Source: a virus. Taken from it: a stretch of 35,352 bases of DNA. The notes beneath the pieces were generated by a model. That model was given only the letters and a program-made list of their open reading frames with translations, had not been told where the DNA came from and did not search any database. This document shows, one piece after another, positions 27,049 through 33,265 of this stretch. The first letter of the stretch is position 1. Each line of letters opens with the position of its first letter. The stretch lies in IMG/VR virus record IMGVR_UViG_3300045988_127559; one strand, given 5' to 3'. Both the position numbers and the translations under genes were made by a program.

Positions 27049-27483
27049 TTATTCGTACATATCTTTTATTGTATCAATTACGTCTAATTGTAGTTGTATT
27101 GCTTCGTCTTCGGTTACGGGGTAATTTGTTTTTACGTAGCTTATATAATCATCGTCTATGACATTACTTAGATAATAATCTAATTCACTGTCATAATCTT
27201 CTAAATAATCTTCGTGTGAACTTGGACTTGTTTCAATTTCAACTAAAATATTTTTTAAATTAGTTATAAAAGAATTTCTAACATCCTCAAGATCAATAAT
27301 ATTAGCTACCTCAGTGTCTAAGGCCATTGCAATCTTATATACAGTAGCTGTTGATGCAGAATTTAAGCTTTTTCTATCCTGCTCATAGTCCTGTAACGTT
27401 CTAAGGCTAATATCTGCTAATTCCGCTAAATCTCTTTGGCTGTAAATAGTATTTTTTTCTCTATAATTTTTAAGTTTACTCAT
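27049..27483 (-). CDS. XRE-family HTH protein with highly acidic C-terminal domain
   Basis: N-terminus YSQRDLAELADISLRTLQDYEQDRKSLNSASTATVYKIAMAL is a classic HTH_3. The last ~80 aa have about 20 D/E against 4 K/R by my count. SD AAGGAGAG. Confidence 0.8.
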   Translation of the reverse strand: MSKLKNYREKNTIYSQRDLAELADISLRTLQDYEQDRKSLNSASTATVYKIAMALDTEVANIIDLEDVRNSFITNLKNILVEIETSPSSHEDYLEDYDSELDYYLSNVIDDDYISYVKTNYPVTEDEAIQLQLDVIDTIKDMYE

Positions 27484-27513
27484 TTTAAATCTCTCCTTTT
27501 TTATATTTCAATT

Positions 27514-27780
27514 TTAAATGTTAGTTAAATCGACGAAATTACCTTTGTTGTTCCAATATTTGCTCATTCCATTAGTGGTATAATACGCTCTTGTTTTGCC
27601 ATAATTCTGCCATAATTTAAATTCAAAGTTGTAACATTCTGCAATATTATAGTAATCCCTTATTTGTTTTTCTTTTTTAGCCATTAGCCAAGCCATCTTT
27701 AAGGCAACCTTTAATGTTTTATTCCATTTTCTAATAATAATCCAAGCATTGCACATAATTTGTTTTTTATTATATTTCAT
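27514..27780 (-). CDS. Small, strongly basic Trp/Tyr-rich protein of unknown function
   Basis: MKYNKKQIMCNAWIIIRKWNKTLKVALKMAWLMAKKEKQ... has about 17 K/R against 5 D/E by my count. ATG 27780 follows AAAGGTGG. First gene of a two-gene operon. Confidence 0.6.
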   Translation of the reverse strand: MKYNKKQIMCNAWIIIRKWNKTLKVALKMAWLMAKKEKQIRDYYNIAECYNFEFKLWQNYGKTRAYYTTNGMSKYWNNKGNFVDLTNI

Positions 27781-27810
27781 CGTTGTAACCACCTTTCACC
27801 TTACAAACAT

Positions 27811-27839
27811 ATTATACGTCAATAAGCGTACTAAGTCAA
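27811..27839 (-). promoter_or_regulatory. Near-consensus sigma-A promoter for the accessory operon
   Basis: Reverse complement reads TTGACT-tagtacgcttattgacg(17 nt)-TATAAT, about 30 nt upstream of the first ATG. Confidence 0.7.
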
Positions 27840-27916
27840 TAGTTTTGATACGTTTTTTAGCGTATATTAATATTTTGTTTGTTGTCTGTATAAAAACTAC
27901 TAATATTGTAAGTTGG

Positions 27917-28110
27917 TTTTACTCCCAAAAAACTCCCAAATTAAATTAGAATGGTTAAAATGATTATATATTTACTATAGAATAGCCAATTTTTGTAATC
28001 AAATTAATTAAATTTTATATACTTATGCTCAAAATTACGTAGCCATTATAATTATTACTGTATGGTTCGTAAGGGGTTTGAGAGGATTTTACTCCTTTTT
28101 ACTCCCAAAT
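27917..28110. other. Probable attP region with repeated ACTCCCAAA motifs (candidate integrase arm sites)
   Basis: 332-bp AT-rich non-coding stretch next to int. TTTTACTCCCAAA at 27917, ACTCCCAAA at 27932, TTTTACTCC at 28087, TTTTTACTCCCAAA at 28096. The core position is not determinable from this sequence alone. Confidence 0.5.
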
Positions 28111-28117
28111 GCTTTCT

Positions 28118-28143
28118 AAGGTACTCATTCGAGTACCTTTTTT
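28118..28143 (+). terminator. Plus-strand-oriented hairpin plus T-run overlapping the int stop codon
   Basis: aaggtactc-attc-gagtacctt (perfect 9 bp) followed by TTTT. There is no U-run in the minus orientation. Confidence 0.55.
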
Positions 28144-29189
28144 CTTTCACTAAAAATTGTTGTTACTTGTCTACGTTCGTCTGGATAGAGGTGGCCATAG
28201 ATATCTAGTGTTGTACTTGTTTTGCTATGTCCCGCTATTTTAGAAACAGTATAGTGATTAACATTGGCATGTATTAACATAGATATATAGCTATGTCTAA
28301 AACCGTGTATACTTATTTTTGGTAGAGCGGGGTCATTGTATCTAGATAACAAAACGTTTAAATATGTATAATACTCTCTGTAGGGGTATTCCTCGCTTTT
28401 TAAGACTTCTTTTAAATTTGGGGTCAACCAATCGGGAATTGGTACTATTCGCCGTGATTGCTCATTTTTAAACTCTGTAGACACAACAAGACCATTGCTA
28501 GTATTTTTTACTGTATGTGATAAATGCAGTTCGTTTTTATCTTCGTCTAAATCGGATAGGCTAAGTCCGCAAAATTCTCCCTTTCGCAATCCAGTATAAA
28601 ATAGGGTGCAAAAAGCAATCTTGTGTTTTTTGTTCGAAACATTTGAAATAAATTGATTAAACTGTGATTCGTTCCAAAATTCAAGTTTAGGCTTGGTTGT
28701 TTTAGTTTTATCAATATATACAAAGGGGTTTCGATCAAGCGCCTTTTTTCTTATACACCAATTAAAGAATGCACTTAATGCTCCCTCACGAATTCTAACC
28801 GTATTAGGTGATAAGTCTTTCTTTAAATCTTCAATCCATTCAATTAAATCATAATCATTTATTTTTGTTATTCTTACGTTTTCAAATCTTGCATATTTTT
28901 TTCTATAAGAAAAAGCAATATTACGAACGGTAGAGGGGGAACGTCCTTTATTTTTATAATCGGCAATATATGCATCATATAAATCTTTAAAAAGTAGTCC
29001 TTTGGCTACAACGACTTGATTAGTCCTATCTAGCAATAGTTCAGCTACTTTTTTTCTACCGTCTTTTATAGTTTTGGATGTAACAGTTTTTCTAATTCTG
29101 CTGCCGTCCGCTCTATAGCCTATATTCACGTCAAAAATATATCGTTTTTCGCCGTTTTTTAATATTCGGACTTTATATTCCTTTGCCAT
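28125..29189 (-). CDS. int: Tyrosine integrase (phage integrase family)
   Basis: 354 aa with an N-terminal arm/SAM-like domain. Catalytic region ...GLRKGEF..L...HGFRHSYISML...GHSKTSTTLDIYGHLY gives the R-H-R-Y signature. Confidence 0.95.
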   Translation of the reverse strand: MAKEYKVRILKNGEKRYIFDVNIGYRADGSRIRKTVTSKTIKDGRKKVAELLLDRTNQVVVAKGLLFKDLYDAYIADYKNKGRSPSTVRNIAFSYRKKYARFENVRITKINDYDLIEWIEDLKKDLSPNTVRIREGALSAFFNWCIRKKALDRNPFVYIDKTKTTKPKLEFWNESQFNQFISNVSNKKHKIAFCTLFYTGLRKGEFCGLSLSDLDEDKNELHLSHTVKNTSNGLVVSTEFKNEQSRRIVPIPDWLTPNLKEVLKSEEYPYREYYTYLNVLLSRYNDPALPKISIHGFRHSYISMLIHANVNHYTVSKIAGHSKTSTTLDIYGHLYPDERRQVTTIFSERKKVLE

Positions 29190-29230
29190 AATAAAAACAC
29201 GTCCTTTCTTTGCTTGCCTTAGACGTGTTC
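29190..29230 (-). terminator. Intrinsic terminator-like hairpin ending 6 nt upstream of the int start codon; overlaps the int SD
   Basis: The minus-strand RNA reads GAACACGUC-uaaggcaagcaaagaaag-GACGUGUUU followed by UUAUU then AUG. The only SD-like element (GAAAGGA) lies in the loop/3' arm. Confidence 0.6.
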
Positions 29231-29242
29231 AAATGTTATAAT
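29214..29242 (+). promoter_or_regulatory. Plus-strand extended -10 promoter in the int / membrane-protein intergenic gap
   Basis: TTGCCT (29214-19), 17-nt spacer, TGtTATAAT (29234-42). Confidence 0.55.
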
Positions 29243-29248
29243 TAAGCA

Positions 29249-29314
29249 CGTAAAAGGACATTTAAGAGTTGTACTTTACGTTATGGACCACCGCTATGAG
29301 CAGTGGTCTTTTTT
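29249..29314 (+). ncRNA. Candidate ~65-nt cis-antisense small RNA
   Basis: Bounded by the promoter above and by the hairpin GACCAC(c)GCT-atg-AGC(a)GTGGTC (29286-29308) plus TTTTTT. An inner stem ACGTAAA/TTTACGT is present. No credible + strand ORF. Confidence 0.4.
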
Positions 29315-29846
29315 ATATTTTTGCTAGATTTTCTTTAATTATTTCTATACTGTTCTTTCTCCAACCATCAGCATTACGGTACGGATATTTAACATAGTGG
29401 TGTGCATAGTATCCTACATTGTACACTGCTAAATCCAAGTCTTTTAATTCGCTTGCATTTTCTGCATTGGAATTTTTTTCGATATATGTGTATATGTAAT
29501 ATCCATAATACATTGTTTTTTCCATTGTTGTATTATCAACGGTCAAATTATCTACATTAGCTTTGATAAAATATAATCCATCATTGATTGTTGCTTCTGC
29601 CTCTTCTTTAGTTGCTTTTTCTCTGTCTTCTTTTGCTTTTTCAGCTATCTGGTCAACGGCACTGCTAGTATTGTGTTCTGATAAGTTTAAAACAAGATTT
29701 TCACTTGATGAAAATCCATAATCGATATTAGTTGTGCCTTGTTGCGATCCGATTATTGCTCCAGCAAGTAAAAGTATTAAAAATATTCCTATTACTATAG
29801 CTTTTTGCTTAATTCCCTTTCTCCAAAACTCTTTAAACTTCTTCAT
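29313..29846 (-). CDS. Membrane-anchored extracytoplasmic protein at the int/repressor position (superinfection-exclusion candidate)
   Basis: Basic N-terminus plus TM (AIVIGIFLILLLAGAIIG), then a ~140-aa soluble domain rich in Y/N/E. ATG 29846 follows GGAGGA. No family recognised. Confidence 0.65.
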   Translation of the reverse strand: MKKFKEFWRKGIKQKAIVIGIFLILLLAGAIIGSQQGTTNIDYGFSSSENLVLNLSEHNTSSAVDQIAEKAKEDREKATKEEAEATINDGLYFIKANVDNLTVDNTTMEKTMYYGYYIYTYIEKNSNAENASELKDLDLAVYNVGYYAHHYVKYPYRNADGWRKNSIEIIKENLAKI

Positions 29847-29903
29847 TTTTTTCTTTCCTCCCATATATTATTTTATATAAACACCTAATGTGTGTTTATC
29901 TAT

Positions 29904-29912
29904 ATTATAACA
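29904..29912 (-). promoter_or_regulatory. Extended -10 element (TGtTATAAT) directly after the repressor stop, upstream of the membrane-protein gene
   Basis: The reverse complement of 29904-29912 is TGTTATAAT. It is followed by the 5'-UTR hairpin ATAAACAC-acattag-GTGTTTAT (29885-29907). No good -35 element. Confidence 0.4.
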
Positions 29913-29913
29913 A

Positions 29914-30561
29914 CTATAACATATCATTTGGATCAAATGATACATCAATCACTTTTCCTATTATTTCTGCATATCCATTTTCGAAATCTTGTTTTTTTAA
30001 AATCATAACTTCATGAATTGGATTAGAGGAGCGAGGTTGTAAAAGGACAGTATCGTTATCGAAAATAACTTGTTTTACTGTTGCTTCATCACCGTTCACT
30101 CGTACAACAGCTATTTGACGGTTTTCAACAATCACTTTCTTTACGAGTACTAATGATCCATCTAGAATTCCAACAGCATTCATGCTATCCCCTTTAACTT
30201 TTAACCAAAAAGTTTCTGCACCACTGGCTTTTACCTTATCTACAGGTTTGTAGCCCAAAACGTTTTCATCGCAATACATGTTATAACCTGCTTTCACGAC
30301 CCCTATTATAGGTCTTGATATTTGTTCGGAGTTGACTTCATACGTTTCAGTATTGGAAAAAGTGGGTGTGTCAGACAATAATATATCAGTTGGAATATTG
30401 AATATCTCCGACATTTTCTTCAGTTCTTTATTTTGGGGCTCTCTTGTACCCTTTTCCCATAAAGATACTAAAACGCGAGAAACTTCTAACATATCAGCTA
30501 ATTCTTGTTGTTTCATATTATTTATTGTTCTATATTTTTTTATATTTGACCCGAGATTCAC
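29914..30561 (-). CDS. CI-like repressor: XRE HTH plus LexA/S24 autopeptidase domain
   Basis: N-terminus IKKYRTINNMKQQELADMLEVSRVLVSLWEKG (HTH). C-terminus GDSMNAVGILDGSLVLVKK...ATVKQV (Ser/Lys dyad context). GTG 30561 follows GGAGGTG; the track TTG 30576 lies inside the SD. Confidence 0.9.
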   Translation of the reverse strand: MNLGSNIKKYRTINNMKQQELADMLEVSRVLVSLWEKGTREPQNKELKKMSEIFNIPTDILLSDTPTFSNTETYEVNSEQISRPIIGVVKAGYNMYCDENVLGYKPVDKVKASGAETFWLKVKGDSMNAVGILDGSLVLVKKVIVENRQIAVVRVNGDEATVKQVIFDNDTVLLQPRSSNPIHEVMILKKQDFENGYAEIIGKVIDVSFDPNDML

Positions 30562-30580
30562 AGTTATCACCTCCAAATAA

Positions 30581-30697
30581 ATTGTAACATAAAGATAATT
30601 AAAATAAATAAAAATGTAACTTTTTGTTAATATGTATTTACTTTTATGTTTCCTTATGTTACAATAATATTGTAATCAAGTTAACTAATAGTTACAA
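30581..30697. promoter_or_regulatory. Genetic-switch operator cluster built on TTGTAAC(ATA) half-sites
   Basis: ATTGTAACATA at 30581-91 and its exact inverse at 30655-65. 17-bp palindrome TTACAATAATATTGTAA at 30659-75. ATGTAAC at 30614-20. GTTACAA at 30691-97. Confidence 0.7.
30637..30665 (+). promoter_or_regulatory. Early rightward promoter (cro-like gene)
   Basis: TTTACT, 17-nt spacer, TGtTACAAT (extended -10), embedded in operator copies. A mirror TGTTACAAT on the minus strand (30581-89) faces the repressor gene. Confidence 0.6.
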
Positions 30698-30715
30698 ATG
30701 GAATGAGGTGAAACA

Positions 30716-30913
30716 ATGTATAAAATTAAGGGATATAGGAACATGGTTAACGAGACCCAAGCAGATTGGGCAGAAATTTTAAATATTTCTCGTCAAGCAT
30801 ATGCACAAAAAGAAAAAGGGATTAGCTATTTTAAAGATAATGAAAAATTAATAATTAAAAGGCATCTCGAAAAAAAAGGAATAAATAAAAGTATAGATGA
30901 CTTATTTTTTTAA
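30716..30913 (+). CDS. Cro-like XRE HTH regulator
   Basis: 65 aa, divergent from the repressor. NETQADWAEILNISRQAYAQKEKG is an HTH. SD GAGGTG. Confidence 0.8.
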   Translation: MYKIKGYRNMVNETQADWAEILNISRQAYAQKEKGISYFKDNEKLIIKRHLEKKGINKSIDDLFF

Positions 30914-30944
30914 AATTTTACGTAACATATAGTAACGTAAAATT
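30914..30944. promoter_or_regulatory. 10-bp perfect inverted repeat after cro containing operator-like GTAACATA
   Basis: aattttacgt (30914-23) pairs with acgtaaaatt (30935-44). The loop region carries GTAACATA (30922-29) and GTAACG. Confidence 0.5.
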
Positions 30945-30958
30945 AAAGGAGCGAAGTT

Positions 30959-31330
30959 ATGAATAAAAAAGAAATTATGGAAGAAATAGAAAAGTTTGAC
31001 ATTAACAATGTTGAATTTAATTACGATCTTTCTAACGCATTTACGATTTTGCGGTTTTCTCATAAGTTGGAGCAAGCTTATTTGAGTTCAGTTTCAAAAA
31101 AACAAAATGAATTTATACCGCTATTTCTAGAATGTGTCTCCGAGTGGATAAACCAACCCGAAAATCATCAGCAAGTAGTTATCAACACTACAATAAAGAG
31201 GTTTGAACCTATGCGATTAACAGACAAACAGATTCAAACAATTATCGGTATTTATGGTCTTATTAGTAATGAAGATGTTGCATATATAAAAAGAGAATAT
31301 GCCATTAAATACTTAATGGAAAACCAATAG
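30959..31330 (+). CDS. Hypothetical early protein (123 aa)
   Basis: ORF with SD AAAGGAG. No family recognised. Confidence 0.6.
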   Translation: MNKKEIMEEIEKFDINNVEFNYDLSNAFTILRFSHKLEQAYLSSVSKKQNEFIPLFLECVSEWINQPENHQQVVINTTIKRFEPMRLTDKQIQTIIGIYGLISNEDVAYIKREYAIKYLMENQ

Positions 31331-31347
31331 TGAAAGGGGTGAATTTA

Positions 31348-31467
31348 ATGTTCAAAATAGTTCTTAATTTAGGAGATTTATTGTTTCTAGTGTTTATCGT
31401 TGCAACGTTTATTTACTGCGTAGGATCAGCGTTATTTAACTGGATAAAAAAGAGAAAGGAGCGTTAA
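31348..31467 (+). CDS. 39-aa hydrophobic peptide (below the ORF-track cutoff)
   Basis: MFKIVLNLGDLLFLVFIVATFIYCVGSALFNWIKKRKER: one TM plus a basic tail. SD AAAGGGGTG. Exactly fills the gap between neighbouring genes. Confidence 0.45.
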   Translation: MFKIVLNLGDLLFLVFIVATFIYCVGSALFNWIKKRKER

Positions 31468-31469
31468 AA

Positions 31470-31796
31470 ATGTGCATTGAAGAACAGGTATACAACTTTA
31501 TTGTAACTAATCATATTGGGAAAGAAAACATGGTTAAAAATCGTCAATTAAGGGTTTATTTTCCGCAAATTAAAAGTGACAAGGCAATGCGAAAAATTAT
31601 TGAAAATATAAGGTTTAATCCTGATTTTAAATACTTTATAGGGAGTGTTAGTGGAAGCAAAGGCGGATACTATGCATGTACGTTAAAAAGCGAAATTCAA
31701 GAAACCAAAAACAGCTATATGCATAGAGCAATGCAGATGTTGGAAAACAGCAAAAAATTCGAGAGCAAAGAGGTGATTGAGTATGCTGAACGTTAA
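31470..31796 (+). CDS. Hypothetical early protein (108 aa)
   Basis: ORF with SD AAAGGAG. Confidence 0.6.
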   Translation: MCIEEQVYNFIVTNHIGKENMVKNRQLRVYFPQIKSDKAMRKIIENIRFNPDFKYFIGSVSGSKGGYYACTLKSEIQETKNSYMHRAMQMLENSKKFESKEVIEYAER

Positions 31797-32004
31797 AATA
31801 CTATCTCTTATTTTCCCAGAAAGAACGAATAACACCTTATATGCGATGATTAGAAACTTAAAAGATAAATATAACTTGAAATATAAAACTGCTGAAATCC
31901 CGATAGATATTATCGTTAAGGAGTATGGAATTTCCTTTGAATCAATAACCGCATTAATTTTAGCATTTAGAAAAGAAAAAGACGACTCGTCAAAAGTCGC
32001 CTAA
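31783..32004 (+). CDS. Hypothetical early protein (73 aa)
   Basis: ORF; ATG 31783 follows AAGAGGTG. Overlaps the upstream gene end. Confidence 0.5.
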   Translation: MLNVKILSLIFPERTNNTLYAMIRNLKDKYNLKYKTAEIPIDIIVKEYGISFESITALILAFRKEKDDSSKVA

Positions 32005-32063
32005 AGCCAAAAAATATAAAATAAACAACAAAATTATAAACCAAGCAAGAGGAAGTGTCAAGA

Positions 32064-32165
32064 GTGAGGATAGATAATTTAACGGGTCGAGGAGTGCTGA
32101 CGATAGTAATTGCAGTGATCTTGATAGCGTTTTTAACAAGCGGAATTATTGAAACGGTTTTATAG
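32064..32165 (+). CDS. Possible 33-aa membrane peptide (GTG start)
   Basis: VRIDNLTGRGVLTIVIAVILIAFLTSGIIETVL. AGAGGAAG lies 8 nt upstream. Fills an otherwise empty 175-bp gap. Confidence 0.3.
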   Translation: MRIDNLTGRGVLTIVIAVILIAFLTSGIIETVL

Positions 32166-32179
32166 AAAGGAGTAGCTGA

Positions 32180-32926
32180 ATGGCAATAATTAGAATGAAC
32201 AAAAGTAGCGATTATACAGTAATGAGCAACACTCATTTGAAAGAAAAAAATATGTCACTTAAAGCAAAGGGATTGTTAAGTTTAATGCTTAGTTTGAGAG
32301 ATGATTGGGAGTACTCGATAGAGGGTCTTGTTTCCATCTGTAAAGAGAGTGAAGTAGCGGTGAAAAGTGCATTAAATGAGCTGAAAAAATTTAATTATTT
32401 AAAGGTCACAAAACTGTTGCCAAACCAAACAGAAACGGGGCGAATTGAGTACATTTATGATATCTTCGAAAAACCACAACAAGCCATAGAAAAACAAGGG
32501 GTAGAAAATCTAGGGGTTGAAATTCTAGATGTAGAAATTCAAGCGCTAGAAAACCAAGGACAATTAAATACTAAAGAATTAAATACTAAAGAATTAAATA
32601 CTAAAGATATATATAATGCTCCGAGCAATGAAATTGCTACAGAGCCACCCGTAATCGAATTTATACTAAACGATAAAACTTACTACCCGATTACACAAAA
32701 GCAAGTTGATAAATGGTCGGAGTTATATCCTAACGTAGATATCATGCAGCAGCTAAGGAAAATGTGCGGTTGGCTTGATGCTAACCCTAGAAACAGAAAA
32801 ACCAAGGGCGGAATTTTAAAGTTTGTAAATGGCTGGCTGGCTCGAGAGCAGGATAAACCTAGAAAAGTACAACAGCAGACAACGAAAGACTTAGCTTCTG
32901 CAATGGATTTTAATGAGTTCTACTAA
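32180..32926 (+). CDS. Replication initiator / replisome organizer (N-terminal winged-helix HTH, internal repeat linker)
   Basis: MNKSSDYTVMSNTHLKEKNMSLKAKGLLSLMLSL.DDWEYSIEGL and C-terminal ...VDKWSELYPNVDIMQQLRKMCGWLDANPRNRKTKGGILKFVNGWL are typical of Firmicutes phage/plasmid Rep proteins. Confidence 0.75.
   Translation: MAIIRMNKSSDYTVMSNTHLKEKNMSLKAKGLLSLMLSLRDDWEYSIEGLVSICKESEVAVKSALNELKKFNYLKVTKLLPNQTETGRIEYIYDIFEKPQQAIEKQGVENLGVEILDVEIQALENQGQLNTKELNTKELNTKDIYNAPSNEIATEPPVIEFILNDKTYYPITQKQVDKWSELYPNVDIMQQLRKMCGWLDANPRNRKTKGGILKFVNGWLAREQDKPRKVQQQTTKDLASAMDFNEFY
32498..32606. repeat. 15-bp periodic repeat array inside the rep gene (candidate origin iterons)
   Basis: Units are ggggtagaaaatcta, ggggttgaaattcta, gatgtagaaattcaa, gcgctagaaaaccaa and ggacaattaaatact. 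They are followed by aattaaatactaaag repeated 3 times exactly (32562-32606). Confidence 0.8.
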
Positions 32927-33249
32927 TGTCGATTGAAGAATTCGCAAAAGCAATGACATTTCTAGGTTTGAACTATAACAAAGGGTTCACGCCCGAATAT
33001 ATAAAAATGCTGTATCCAAGATTTGCTAGTTACAGTTATGAGCAAATCAAAGAAGCAATACATAAATGTATCGATAACGAGAAGTACATTAACAACATAG
33101 CATATGACTTAGGGCAGTATTTGCCATCTGTGGAGCGAAAAACTGAAAAAGCATTGGAATATGCCAATGACTTCAAAACGTGCCCTAGAACTAAAAAAAT
33201 GTGCCCTCTCGACGTTGTTTGGGTATGGGCGGTAATTAAATTTGACTAA
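32926..33249 (+). CDS. Replication accessory protein, possibly G39P-like helicase loader
   Basis: TAATG coupling to rep. The N-terminal pattern FAKAMTFLGLNY....FTPEYIKMLYPRF.SYSYEQIKEAI loosely resembles the SPP1 G39P N-domain. Confidence 0.35.
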   Translation: MSIEEFAKAMTFLGLNYNKGFTPEYIKMLYPRFASYSYEQIKEAIHKCIDNEKYINNIAYDLGQYLPSVERKTEKALEYANDFKTCPRTKKMCPLDVVWVWAVIKFD

Positions 33250-33265
33250 TGAAAGGGTTGAGAGG

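Noticed and set aside
27749-27949. 66-aa + strand hydrophobic ORF across the accessory-operon promoter region
   Set aside because: It overlaps the minus-strand gene start and promoter, has no SD, and its composition is driven by AT-rich sequence.
28055-28085. tggttcgtaagggg, vaguely like a tRNA T-arm, as a hint of a tRNA-derived attP core
   Set aside because: No GGTTCGAATCC-type match, no acceptor stem and no CCA context. Too weak to call.
29286-29314. Reading the 29286-29314 hairpin as the terminator of the minus-strand membrane-protein gene
   Set aside because: In the minus orientation the hairpin is preceded by A-runs and not followed by U-runs. The minus-strand terminator is better assigned to 29190-29230. 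It may also act simply as an insulator against + strand read-through, which is an alternative to the sRNA model.
29283-29327. 14-codon ORF (MDHRYEQWSFLYFC) inside the predicted sRNA
   Set aside because: No SD, and it coincides with the terminator hairpin. An RNA-level function is more plausible.
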